Part shown: positions 36,586 through 46,446 of the stretch, in pieces
Position numbering within the stretch: the stretch's first letter is position 1
Layout of the letters: each line of letters starts with the position of its first letter
IMG/VR virus record: IMGVR_UViG_3300021256_000075
Span: 1-64,000 of that record
Length of the DNA stretch: 64,000 bases
Origin: a virus
Taxonomy: Duplodnaviria; Heunggongvirae; Uroviricota; Caudoviricetes
Strand: one strand, 5' to 3'
Notes under the pieces: generated by a model
Told to the model about the DNA's origin: nothing
Databases searched by the model: none
What the model saw: only the letters and a program-made list of their open reading frames with translations
Made by a program: the position numbers and the translations under genes

Positions 36586-36908
36586 TATCCTCCATTCGCC
36601 TCGATATGCTAGATGTTCTTGGCGATGACTATATTGTTCAGCATATTACGCAGGAATACAAGAAAGAGCAAAAAGAGCTGATTTACAGAATTTATGTAAC
36701 GGATGCTCTGTACTCAATTGCCACTCGTACAAGTGTGCCGTCAAAGCGGTATATTGATATTATTAACGAGGCACAGGATGAGCCGATGGACGAACAAACC
36801 GCCAAGATCAAAGCAAACGAGATCAAATCGCATTTTCTCGAAAAGTTAAACGGAAGGAGGGAGCGCACAAATGGATTTGATGAATCTGGTAGCAAAGCTG
36901 AGTCTTGA
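36543..36908 (+). CDS. tail assembly chaperone T extension via -1 programmed frameshift (G-T fusion)
   Basis: Slippery heptamer T_TTT_TTA at 36537-36543 in G frame; -1 frame open to 36908. Confidence 0.45.
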   Translation, partial: SVVDAIGADEYGRLISSIRLDMLDVLGDDYIVQHITQEYKKEQKELIYRIYVTDALYSIATRTSVPSKRYIDIINEAQDEPMDEQTAKIKANEIKSHFLEKLNGRRERTNGFDESGSKAES

Positions 36909-39900
36909 TACCAGTGATTACGATAAAGGCATTAAAGGCGCGAAAAATGCGCTTCCAAGCCTGTCCACGGGGGCTGTTGTCGCAGGAAATCTTATTTCTG
37001 CCGGATTTCAGCAAGCGGGGTCAGTGATTTCTGGCTTTGCCAACGGCATCATGGAAACAGGCATGAACTTCGAAAAGTCACTTTCACAGGTAGTTGCAAC
37101 TACTGGCTTGCAAGGCCAAGAAGCGGCTGAGGCATACGATAAATTCAAAGCGGCGGCAGAACAGGCAGGAGCGACAACAAAATTCACTTCTGAAGAAGCA
37201 GGACAGGCATTGAATTATCTTGCTTTGGCAGGATATGAAACTGAAAAAGCAACAGCGGTTCTCCCGTCTGTGCTTTCCCTTGCCGCCGCAGGTGATATGG
37301 AGCTTGCGTACGCTTCAGACCTTGCAACAGATGCAATGTCCGCTTTAGGGCTTGAAGCAAACAAAGCGAATTTTGACGCTTTCGGTGATAAACTTGCGCG
37401 AACAGCAAGTAAATCAAATACTTCCGTTGCTCAGCTTGGTGAGGCAATTCTTACTGTTGGCGGTACTGCAAAACAGTTAAACGGCGAAACAACGGAATTA
37501 AACACCGCTCTTGGTGTGCTAGCAAACCGTGGTATTAAAGGTTCTGAAGGTGGTACTGCTCTTCGTAACGTTATCTTAACGCTTACCGCAGGAACGAAAA
37601 AAGCCCAAAAGGCTATGAATAAACTCGGAATCGTAGTTGAAGATAAGGTTACCGGGAAAATGAAGCCTCTGAATGATATCATGGGGCAATTCAATAAGGC
37701 TTTGTCTGGAATGTCAGACGTCGAAAAAATGGACGCTCTGAACAAGATTTTCAACAAAACAGACCTCGCGGCTGTGCAGGGCCTTATGGCAGGTATCGGC
37801 ACAGAATGGGACAATCTTGAAAAAGAGATTAAAGACTCCGCGGGTGCAATGAAGGCGATGGAGGAAACGCAACTTGACAACTTGAAGGGCGATGTAACCA
37901 TTATGGAATCTGCCATTCAAGGATTGCAAATTGCTGTATTCAACGGCTTGAACGGCACGGCACGGGAAGCGGTTCAAGGATTTACAAACGCTATAGGCAT
38001 TATGACGGAAAAAGTTTCTGCGTGGGTTTCCTCCGATGCGGTACAGCAGAGACTTGCGGCTATTACTGCGTCTGTTTCAAAGTTCCTCGCACTGATGGCA
38101 AACAATCTTGGCCCGATTCTGGATGGCATATTAAACCTCTTTGGTCTTTTGGCAGATGGGCTTGTATTTGTGGCAAATAACTTTGATCAAATCATTTCCG
38201 TTGTTGGTACTGCCATTACGGTTTTTGGAACAATGAAAGCGGCTACAGCGGCCTTGAATTTTGCAAAACTCGCATTGTCCGCAGGGCCTTTGGTGCTTGC
38301 ATTCATGGCACTGGCAGATATCGTAAAAGCATCCGGCATCACAATGGACGATGTGAAAGTGATTTTCACAAAAGCCGTTGATAAAATCAAGAATGTTCTG
38401 AACAAGCTTTTACCACCGATTCAGAAAGTTTTCGGAATGCTGAAGGGTATTCTTGGCCCACTGAAGTTTGAACTGCACCAGTTTTTTGAGGCCATGCATC
38501 AAGGCGGCGAGGTAACGCTCGAAATATTCGGAATGGCCATGAAAGCGGCCTTTGAGCGGATATGGATAAACCTTAAAAACACTTTCTCGGTTGTAGGGCA
38601 GATGATCACAAAATGGTTCACAAGCATCGAATGGCAACCGATTATCGATAAAGTTTCTGGATGGGCAGTCGGTGCATGGGAAGCGATTAAAGGCGTTTTC
38701 GCACTGGCAGGAGCAAAGATTGTCGAATGGTTCACTTCTGTAGATTGGGAAGCCGTAAAGAACACAGTCGGCGGATGGGCGCAGGGTGCGCTTGACAAGA
38801 TCGGCGAAGTGCTTTCCCTTGCCGGGCAAGCCATTTACAACTGGTTTACTAGCGTTGACTGGGAAGGAATAAAGAACAAGGTCGGCGGATGGGCGCAAGG
38901 TGCGTTTGAAAAGATCAAAACCTTTTTGAGCAGTGTCGGCGCTAAGCTTGTTGAATGGTTTACTTCCGTAGACTGGGACAACGTAATTCAAACGGTCGGC
39001 GGTTGGGCTTCAAATGCGTTTGACAAAATTAAAGAGTTTCTTGGTGGAGTCGGCGCAAAGCTGAAAGAATGGTTTACTTCAGTTGATTGGGAATCCATTA
39101 AAGCCACTGTAGGTGGATGGGGCGAAGAAGCCTATCAGAAGATTTACACTGCTCTTGGCAACGTTGGCAAGAAGCTGAAAACGTGGTTTACGAATACGGA
39201 CTGGAACAAGGTTAAATCCAAAGTTTCCTCGTGGACGACTGGAGCACTGACGAAGATTCAAGAAGTTCTCGGAAATCTGGCTGAGACAATTGCCGGATGG
39301 TTCAAGGGCAAAGACACCGACTGGGAAGGCGTAAAAGATAAGGTTTCCGGATGGGCATCTGCCGCTTGGACAATCATAAAAGCGGTATTCGAAGGCGCGG
39401 CAGAAGGAATTGCCAACTGGTTTAAAGGCAATGAGGAAACATGGGAGCTTGTTAAAACCAAGGTTTCTGCATGGGCGCAAGGCGCGTGGGATGCTATCAA
39501 AGAAATCTTTGAGAACTTCGGTTCAAACTTCGTTACTTGGATTACTTCATTCGATGTAAACGAAATACTCGCGGCGTTTAAAAGGCTTGGTGGGCAGATT
39601 TGGAACAGTATCAAATCTGGATTAGGAAATATTCCGAAGAACATTGTAAACGCTATTACTGGTGGTACTAGCGAGGCAGGAGAACAAGCAGGCGAAAACA
39701 CATCTGGAGGCTTTATAAAGGGCATTACGAGTACGGTAAACAAAGTTACTGAGGGTGCAAAGAATCTTGCAAGTTCGGCCGTAAGTGGAATAAAGAATTT
39801 CTTGAAGATAAAATCTCCGTCCAAAGTTACCGATGAACTTGGCCAGTATTTCGGAGAAGGCTATGAACAGGGCATTATTAAAAAGATCAAAGATGTTTTA

Positions 39901-40173
39901 GATGCTTCCGAAGACATGGCAAGAGCCTCTGTAAATCCGCTTGAAAACCTTACAGCACCGACTATGGCACTCCGTAGTAATCTTAACGCAAGTGCAGGAG
40001 CGGTGACTGGTGGAGCACAGGCGTTTGCGCTGACGGATGATAACATCACTAAACTTGCAGACGCAATTGTGGCAGGAATTCAGCGTTCCGGCATGGATAA
40101 GGGTACAATCTCAATTGATGGCAGGGAGTTCGGAAGATATCTGAGGAACGGAATGGAGGTTGGTTTCGTATGA
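36871..40173 (+). CDS. tail tape measure protein
   Basis: 1100 aa; about 9 tandem 40-aa WFTSVDWE...GGWAQGA repeats at about 38580-39520. Confidence 0.7.
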   Translation: MDLMNLVAKLSLDTSDYDKGIKGAKNALPSLSTGAVVAGNLISAGFQQAGSVISGFANGIMETGMNFEKSLSQVVATTGLQGQEAAEAYDKFKAAAEQAGATTKFTSEEAGQALNYLALAGYETEKATAVLPSVLSLAAAGDMELAYASDLATDAMSALGLEANKANFDAFGDKLARTASKSNTSVAQLGEAILTVGGTAKQLNGETTELNTALGVLANRGIKGSEGGTALRNVILTLTAGTKKAQKAMNKLGIVVEDKVTGKMKPLNDIMGQFNKALSGMSDVEKMDALNKIFNKTDLAAVQGLMAGIGTEWDNLEKEIKDSAGAMKAMEETQLDNLKGDVTIMESAIQGLQIAVFNGLNGTAREAVQGFTNAIGIMTEKVSAWVSSDAVQQRLAAITASVSKFLALMANNLGPILDGILNLFGLLADGLVFVANNFDQIISVVGTAITVFGTMKAATAALNFAKLALSAGPLVLAFMALADIVKASGITMDDVKVIFTKAVDKIKNVLNKLLPPIQKVFGMLKGILGPLKFELHQFFEAMHQGGEVTLEIFGMAMKAAFERIWINLKNTFSVVGQMITKWFTSIEWQPIIDKVSGWAVGAWEAIKGVFALAGAKIVEWFTSVDWEAVKNTVGGWAQGALDKIGEVLSLAGQAIYNWFTSVDWEGIKNKVGGWAQGAFEKIKTFLSSVGAKLVEWFTSVDWDNVIQTVGGWASNAFDKIKEFLGGVGAKLKEWFTSVDWESIKATVGGWGEEAYQKIYTALGNVGKKLKTWFTNTDWNKVKSKVSSWTTGALTKIQEVLGNLAETIAGWFKGKDTDWEGVKDKVSGWASAAWTIIKAVFEGAAEGIANWFKGNEETWELVKTKVSAWAQGAWDAIKEIFENFGSNFVTWITSFDVNEILAAFKRLGGQIWNSIKSGLGNIPKNIVNAITGGTSEAGEQAGENTSGGFIKGITSTVNKVTEGAKNLASSAVSGIKNFLKIKSPSKVTDELGQYFGEGYEQGIIKKIKDVLDASEDMARASVNPLENLTAPTMALRSNLNASAGAVTGGAQAFALTDDNITKLADAIVAGIQRSGMDKGTISIDGREFGRYLRNGMEVGFV

Positions 40174-41012
40174 GCGAGATTGCATACGAGAACAGTAAGG
40201 GCACGAGGATTATTCTTAATAGAGGCCATTACTTCTGTTCCGAGCAGACTTTGCGGAGTTTTAAGTGGAATTACACATACAATGTTCTTCCGAGCAATCG
40301 AGGCGGCTCTGTAAGCTCGTTTTACAAGGGCGAGAATGGTATCTCATGGACAATTGCAATTTTCGGGGAAAACACGGAAATACAAGAGTACGTGGATGCA
40401 CTCGCAAACCTTTTTGAGTATGATGTGCGCGTGAGAACTCCCGGAAAGCTCTGGATTGACAATCAGTATATCAATGTTTATGTAACTGAAGGGCAGATAA
40501 TGCATATGGCTTTCAACAAAACACAGGTTGTTAAAACATATACCATTCTGCCCACAAATCCTTTCTGGTGCACGGAGGAAAAAGTCAGTTTCACAATAGG
40601 TTCTGGCAAAAGCTCTTCTGAAGGTGTGAAGCGGTACAATAACCGCTATCCGTACAAGTACGGAACTGGCTATTCTTCTCAAACCATTTATAATACAAGT
40701 GAGGTATGGGATACTCCTGCCGTGATCACGATTTACGGAGCAGTCAATAATCCCGAAATTCAGATTGCAGGGCATCGATACAAGGTCAATGTGCAAGTTC
40801 TGGCGAATGAAAGAATTGTAATCAACCAGATCGATAAAACCATTTACAAAATAGGCAGTTCCGGCACAAAAACCAACATTTTTCATTATCGTGATAGGGA
40901 AAATGATATCTTCCAGTATATTCCGGCCGGAGCGGCAAACGTGGTTTACTCAGGCGATTTCGGATTTGATGTAACACTTATGCACCAAAGGAGTGAACCA
41001 TATTGGACGTGA
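40170..41012 (+). CDS. distal tail protein (Dit)
   Basis: Position after the tape measure gene, 280 aa. Confidence 0.5.
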   Translation: MSEIAYENSKGTRIILNRGHYFCSEQTLRSFKWNYTYNVLPSNRGGSVSSFYKGENGISWTIAIFGENTEIQEYVDALANLFEYDVRVRTPGKLWIDNQYINVYVTEGQIMHMAFNKTQVVKTYTILPTNPFWCTEEKVSFTIGSGKSSSEGVKRYNNRYPYKYGTGYSSQTIYNTSEVWDTPAVITIYGAVNNPEIQIAGHRYKVNVQVLANERIVINQIDKTIYKIGSSGTKTNIFHYRDRENDIFQYIPAGAANVVYSGDFGFDVTLMHQRSEPYWT

Positions 41013-41995
41013 TTCATGCCGGAGCGGATAGGATAGAGATAGGTGTTGTACGGGATTTCCGCAAGTTTGATGCTCAGATTCGGAACAATGGCAAGATGGA
41101 AGATAACACCTTTGAGCTTCAGATGAGTATTGATGCTTGGAAAGTTTCGCCAATTCAAAAAGATGACTATTTGTACGTTGACAAGACGGAGTTCGGCGGT
41201 GTTGTGAGATCGGTGCGGAAAGACACAAGCACCAGAACAATGACCGTAAAGGGTTTAACATGGCGCGGAATTCTCGCAAAAAAGGTCATTGAGCCGCCTT
41301 CGGGACAAGGGTATAGGGTTTATACAAGCGTGTCTCCTGCGGCGATTCTGAGCGATGTTGTAGGCGATTTTTATGATGTTTTTGAGGTACAGGAAACAGG
41401 GCATTCTCCGATATCTGCACAATATCGGTATCAAACAATTCTAGAGGGCATAACAGCGACATTCCAAAAAAACGGGATGTCGCTGTTTGTTCAATATGAC
41501 GCGGATGAAATGAAATGTATCTTGAAACCTAGGACGATTGTTGACTATTCCGGCCTGTATGATATCTCCGCGGATTCCGGCATCGGTATCACAATAGAGG
41601 ATAACGGGCTAGTCACTTACAATCATGTGATAGGGCTAGGACGCGGAGAACTGGCAGAAAGACAGGTTGTAGAGCGATGGATTTATGACGGAGTGATTTA
41701 CACTTCAAGGCCATCTCAAATTCCCGAAGAAAAGCAAGATACGCTTGTTTACGACTATTCTAGTGTTGAATCATTGGAAGACTTGGAAGACGGAGCGGAG
41801 CAGAAGCTGAGGGAATCACAACCTACTGTATCCGTGAATGTTGGCACATTGACTTATATTGATGCAGATTTGGAGCTTGGAGACGTGATAACTGTAGTTG
41901 ATGCAGATATGGGCATTGATATCAAAAAAACAGTATCGCAGAAAATCCTTACAATCACGGGCGAAAATGAGAAAATTGAAACGGGGGTATCTTAA
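41003..41995 (+). CDS. tail-associated protein (Tal-like, structural N-domain only)
   Basis: Position after Dit. Confidence 0.4.
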   Translation: MDVIHAGADRIEIGVVRDFRKFDAQIRNNGKMEDNTFELQMSIDAWKVSPIQKDDYLYVDKTEFGGVVRSVRKDTSTRTMTVKGLTWRGILAKKVIEPPSGQGYRVYTSVSPAAILSDVVGDFYDVFEVQETGHSPISAQYRYQTILEGITATFQKNGMSLFVQYDADEMKCILKPRTIVDYSGLYDISADSGIGITIEDNGLVTYNHVIGLGRGELAERQVVERWIYDGVIYTSRPSQIPEEKQDTLVYDYSSVESLEDLEDGAEQKLRESQPTVSVNVGTLTYIDADLELGDVITVVDADMGIDIKKTVSQKILTITGENEKIETGVS

Positions 41996-42516
41996 TGGCA
42001 TCAAAGGCACTTACTATTTATACTCCTGCATCCGAGGAGGCCCATATTTATGCAGAGGATGATGCACAGATATACCGTGCAATCTTCGGCGGCGATGGAA
42101 CAGGCATTGCGGATGCGGATGACAAACTAGCGGCAACTATTGTAGACAATAACACTGTACGACTTTCTAGCGGAGTATTTTTCAACATGGGTTACGCGCT
42201 TGTTGTTCCCTTTGGCGAAACTGTTGATATATCAATCGGAAGTGGAACGCAGGGCAAATACAGAGTTGATCAAATCGTGGCTGATTTTACACGCGGTGGC
42301 GGTGATACCGCTGATGCTCACATTTTTACTGTAGTTGAGGGTACTCCCGCCAATGATTCTGCCGGAGCTATTGCAGGAAAGGGAACGTTAACCCAGTACG
42401 ATATCAGAGCAGGAGGAACAAGGCGGCAATCTGCTGTGTATGATGTAACAATTGTGGGAACGGAGATTACTGCTGTAACTCGTACTGCTTCTTACATCGG
42501 CTCTTTCTATGCGTGA
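41995..42516 (+). CDS. hypothetical tail protein
   Basis: ORF with ATG overlap. Confidence 0.35.
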   Translation: MASKALTIYTPASEEAHIYAEDDAQIYRAIFGGDGTGIADADDKLAATIVDNNTVRLSSGVFFNMGYALVVPFGETVDISIGSGTQGKYRVDQIVADFTRGGGDTADAHIFTVVEGTPANDSAGAIAGKGTLTQYDIRAGGTRRQSAVYDVTIVGTEITAVTRTASYIGSFYA

Positions 42517-42529
42517 GGAGTGTTGAAGC

Positions 42530-44176
42530 ATGGCAAGCGCAAGCTACGTTTTTACCAGAAACAGTTCTGGAAGTACCACGGGCGATGGGCATATTGATTT
42601 CAGTGGTTCGGGACATGTCGGAAGCGGATATATTGCCTCTTCCATTTCTTTTTCGTTCACGCAGATTCGGAACTATTCAAGTGGTACTCGTTCCGGCGAT
42701 GCCAATATCAATGTTATATTTTCGGACGGCACTTATTACCAGATAGGGCGAACAAATACGGCTACTCTTCCCGGCTCTGGAACGTCCGCAGGAACAACGG
42801 TTACTGGTTCATTCAGCCGTAGCACAATTGGAGATACAAGAGCAAGACAACTTTGTACTAAAACTATTTCTCAGATTCAATTGGAGCGGTGGAATGATGA
42901 TTACGATATTCGTTGCAATTCTGCTTCTACTTGCACTGTAAACATCGAATATACTGATGATTATACTGCTCCTTCTGTTCCTTCCGGCGTAACTCTTGCA
43001 AGGGCGTACATTCGGGAAACGGAAACAACTACTCTCAGTTGGAATGCATCTTCTGGCGGTAACAATAATCCTGTTACGGGATATACGGTGTTTCGGAATG
43101 GTGTGGAATTCGCTACAGTTGATGCAAATACAAGAAGCGTAACTGTTCAGCCTTCCACTACTTCCTGTACGTACGCAGTACGGGCAAACGGTGATTATGG
43201 CAATTCTTCTGCTTCTTCTGCCGTAACGCTGTATACCTATTCTGATGTTACTGCGCCGAGGACTTTTACGGCATCGGAGAGCAAGCCTCATGCAGGAGAT
43301 ACGGTTACGCTTTCATTTTCTGGGGCGGCGGCAGGAACGAACAATGCCATCACAAAGCATGAACTTTTGAAAGCTGATTCTGAAGCAGGAACATATGCCG
43401 TTATTCAGACTCTTACAACCTCCGCAACTTCTGGCAGTTTCTCCGTAACTGCTCCTGCAAGCGGGATTGATTTTTACAAAGTTCGAACCACTGGCACAAG
43501 AGGAGCGGAGCAGGAATCATCTGCGCTTTCTATCCTCGTGAACACCGCACCGAGCAAGCCACAAATCAAGCTGAATGGTGCAGGAAGTTGGAGCGAATCG
43601 GATGCCACGGCAGAAAGTGATGTTTCTGTGTTTTTTGTGCTGATTAAGGCGGAGGACGATGATTCCGGGCAGAGAAGGCAACTGATGCGGCAAGTTGGTA
43701 GCGGAGCATGGGAATCTATCTGGAGTGGAACGGCGAACGTTGAATACACTGAAAGACTGAAGGCTAGCGGAGTTTACAAATACAAGGTTGTTGATTCTGA
43801 AAGCGCAGAGTCTGAATCAATCACAGTAACATACACTAAGCAAGCCTATTCCTATGCGGACAACCCTGTTATAGCAGGAGGAACGAGAATAAAGGCACAG
43901 CACATCAACGACATTCGCCACATGATTGAGCATTATTCCGCTCTCTGCGGTATCGGAAGTATTACATGGGCAGAAGAAATCATTGCCGGAACAACGTCCA
44001 CGAGAAATGCAAACGCGCATATTTCGGAATGCAGGGAGAAGATGAACGCTGTTTATTCGCAGTACAGAAGCAATGGCATCGATTCAAATGCACCGAGTTT
44101 TGTAGCTAGCGTTACCGAGCAGGTTGTGTATGCGGAGGCAATAAACGAACTTTACAGGGCATTGGAGGGGATTTGA
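42530..44176 (+). CDS. tail fiber/receptor-binding protein with FN3-like segments
   Basis: Ser/Thr/Gly-rich beta-type sequence. Confidence 0.45.
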   Translation: MASASYVFTRNSSGSTTGDGHIDFSGSGHVGSGYIASSISFSFTQIRNYSSGTRSGDANINVIFSDGTYYQIGRTNTATLPGSGTSAGTTVTGSFSRSTIGDTRARQLCTKTISQIQLERWNDDYDIRCNSASTCTVNIEYTDDYTAPSVPSGVTLARAYIRETETTTLSWNASSGGNNNPVTGYTVFRNGVEFATVDANTRSVTVQPSTTSCTYAVRANGDYGNSSASSAVTLYTYSDVTAPRTFTASESKPHAGDTVTLSFSGAAAGTNNAITKHELLKADSEAGTYAVIQTLTTSATSGSFSVTAPASGIDFYKVRTTGTRGAEQESSALSILVNTAPSKPQIKLNGAGSWSESDATAESDVSVFFVLIKAEDDDSGQRRQLMRQVGSGAWESIWSGTANVEYTERLKASGVYKYKVVDSESAESESITVTYTKQAYSYADNPVIAGGTRIKAQHINDIRHMIEHYSALCGIGSITWAEEIIAGTTSTRNANAHISECREKMNAVYSQYRSNGIDSNAPSFVASVTEQVVYAEAINELYRALEGI

Positions 44177-44268
44177 TGGGATATTCAGCGGTTATTGTGG
44201 CTTTTATCCTTGGCGGCGTGTTTGGCGTTATTATCACAAGCCTCTTGCATGCGAACGGAGATGATTGA
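44176..44268 (+). CDS. small single-TM peptide (30 aa) immediately upstream of endolysin B
   Basis: MGYSAVIVAFILGGVFGVIITSLLHANGDD; ATG overlaps upstream stop. Confidence 0.3.
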   Translation: MGYSAVIVAFILGGVFGVIITSLLHANGDD

Positions 44269-45077
44269 GGATGATGAATAAAATTCCGATTAACGACATT
44301 TTCGGATGGTGCAAAACAATGCTCGAGGATGAATGGGGCTACATCCTAGGCACTGCCGGAATACTGTGGACGCAGAGCAGGCAGGATGCCACCGAAAACG
44401 AGATGGCAAAGAAATACGGAAGCAAATGGATTGGGCATACTGTTGCCGACTGTTCCGGCGTGATGGTTTATATTTGGAAACAATACGGATTATCCATTTA
44501 TCATGGCTCAAATACCATCGCCAGAAAGTACTGCGGAGAAATGACGAAAGTGCCTCATAAAGGTTTTGCCGCGTTCAAATGGCGCAAGTACGGTGGCCCG
44601 TATTCTGATGGCAAAGGAGACTTTTATCACATCGGAATTGTTGATGAAAAGGAAGAATATGTGTACGAGTCCCGAAGCACACAGGCAGGATTTAAACACG
44701 ATTCTCCTGTGTCTAAATGGGACTTTTTCGCGCCGTTCACTGATTTTAATTACGGGGAGGTAGCGCCGTTGGAAACGTGGTACAGGGCATACGTGAATAC
44801 GGAAAAGGGCAGTTTGAATTTGCGTGTTGCTCCGGGAACAAACAGCAGAATAATTACAACGCTTGAAAAAGGCACGGTGGTAGATGTTTACAGCGTTGAC
44901 GGAGACTGGTCACAGGTTTCTCCCGATGGCGGAGCTATTGTAGGTTGGTGCTCTAGCAAATACCTCACAAAGATCAAAACAAGCGCACGATATGGGGTTT
45001 TCATTCCTTGCGAGAGTGAGGAAGAAGCTATAAAGGTATCCCAACTTTTTAAAAATGCAGAGGTGAGGGAATTATGA
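44265..45077 (+). CDS. endolysin: NlpC/P60-like peptidase plus SH3b
   Basis: ADCSGVMVY catalytic Cys context; C-terminal SH3b (GSLNLRVAPGTNSRIITTLEKGTVV). Confidence 0.65.
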   Translation: MRMMNKIPINDIFGWCKTMLEDEWGYILGTAGILWTQSRQDATENEMAKKYGSKWIGHTVADCSGVMVYIWKQYGLSIYHGSNTIARKYCGEMTKVPHKGFAAFKWRKYGGPYSDGKGDFYHIGIVDEKEEYVYESRSTQAGFKHDSPVSKWDFFAPFTDFNYGEVAPLETWYRAYVNTEKGSLNLRVAPGTNSRIITTLEKGTVVDVYSVDGDWSQVSPDGGAIVGWCSSKYLTKIKTSARYGVFIPCESEEEAIKVSQLFKNAEVREL

Positions 45078-45325
45078 ACACCGAAATTGTAACGGCACTG
45101 ATAAGCATTGCCGGAAGCATCATTGTGGCTATTATCAGTTACAACGCCAACAAAAAGGGTGCGGAAGAGGCTTCAAAGGCAAATGCCGCATTGATCGCGT
45201 ATCGTCTGGAACAGCTCGAAAAGAAGCAGGATAAACACAATGATTTAATTATGAGGACATTTAAACTTGAAGGTAGAATGCAGGAAGCAGAACATGATAT
45301 TCGCGATATCAAAGAGAGGTTGTGA
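45074..45325 (+). CDS. lysis-cassette membrane coiled-coil protein (XhlA-like)
   Basis: Homolog of 6885-7145. Confidence 0.45.
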   Translation: MNTEIVTALISIAGSIIVAIISYNANKKGAEEASKANAALIAYRLEQLEKKQDKHNDLIMRTFKLEGRMQEAEHDIRDIKERL

Positions 45326-45329
45326 GAGT

Positions 45330-45587
45330 ATGATTAACTGGAAAGTACGCATCAAAAACAAAGCATTCTGGCTCGCTATTATTCCTGCCGTTATCCTGCT
45401 GATTCAAGCGATTGCAAAAGCGGCAGGAATTGAAATAAACCTAGGAGATTTGCAGGAAAACCTTCTGAACATCGTGAATGCTGTGTTCTCGGTGCTTGTG
45501 ATTCTCGGTGTTGTGGTTGACCCGACTACTCACGGCGTTTCCGACAGCGACAGAGCGATGGGCTACGAAGAACCGTGGCAAGACTGA
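45330..45587 (+). CDS. holin, phi LC3 family
   Basis: VVDPTTHGVSDS motif; homolog of 7142-7420. Confidence 0.65.
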   Translation: MINWKVRIKNKAFWLAIIPAVILLIQAIAKAAGIEINLGDLQENLLNIVNAVFSVLVILGVVVDPTTHGVSDSDRAMGYEEPWQD

Positions 45588-45639
45588 CAAAAGGCAGACT
45601 TAAAAGTCTGCCTTTATCTTTGGAAAGGAGGGTTAAGCC

Positions 45640-46446
45640 ATGATAAAAATTGAGTACAACATCCGGCAAGCGCATGTCATTGCAAACGAAATTGTAACGA
45701 ATAAATCCGTTGGCATCGAAGCGCAATTTCAGTTTTCTTCTGACTGGGACGGGCTTTCCAAAATTGTTGAGTTCAAAGGCTCTGGAAACACTGTGGACGT
45801 TGCGTTGCTTGAAGGCAATGAATGTGTTATTCCGCATGAAGTGCTTACCGAGTACGGCGGTGAATTGAAGATCGGTGCATATGGCGTGAACACTGCCGGA
45901 GATGTTGTAATTCCTACTGTTTGGGCAGTGATCGGAATCATCCGGCAAGGCACAATCCCGGAAAGCGAGACTGAGCCAGTACCTACGCAGTCCGTGATTG
46001 ATCAAATCTTAACAACTGCCGGAAACGCGTACACAATGGCATCGGATGCACTCACAAAAGTTGATACTGTTGTAGATGAATCGCTTGAAGCTATTTCAGA
46101 AGCGAAAAATGACGCGCTGAACGCTATTTCTGACGCGACTGAGGATTTATATCAAGCGCGTGATGAAGCTGTTCAAGCGGCAGAAACAGCGGTAAATGCC
46201 AAGACTGATACAGAGGATGCTCTTGCAGATGCAACGGAGCTTATTCAGACGGAAACGGCTGAATCTGCAAAGAATGCTGACAAGGCTGAGACTTATTACT
46301 ATCTCTCAAGGATGCAAGCCGCTACAGGTGGTTTCCTACATCTTGTAAATAAAAACGGACGAATTTACTGCATCCGAACTGGCAATTGTGGTTTGGACAT
46401 GAAGATGGAGAACGGGAGGTTATTCTATGGCTACACCGAGCAGTGA
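45640..46446 (+). CDS. tail/baseplate protein (BppU-like N-domain plus coiled coil)
   Basis: N-terminal pattern similar to 927-1955. Confidence 0.4.
   Translation: MIKIEYNIRQAHVIANEIVTNKSVGIEAQFQFSSDWDGLSKIVEFKGSGNTVDVALLEGNECVIPHEVLTEYGGELKIGAYGVNTAGDVVIPTVWAVIGIIRQGTIPESETEPVPTQSVIDQILTTAGNAYTMASDALTKVDTVVDESLEAISEAKNDALNAISDATEDLYQARDEAVQAAETAVNAKTDTEDALADATELIQTETAESAKNADKAETYYYLSRMQAATGGFLHLVNKNGRIYCIRTGNCGLDMKMENGRLFYGYTEQ

Noticed and set aside
38580-39520. Tape-measure internal repeats as a separate mobile or repeat element
   Set aside because: These are in-frame 40-aa protein repeats typical of tape measure proteins, not an independent feature.
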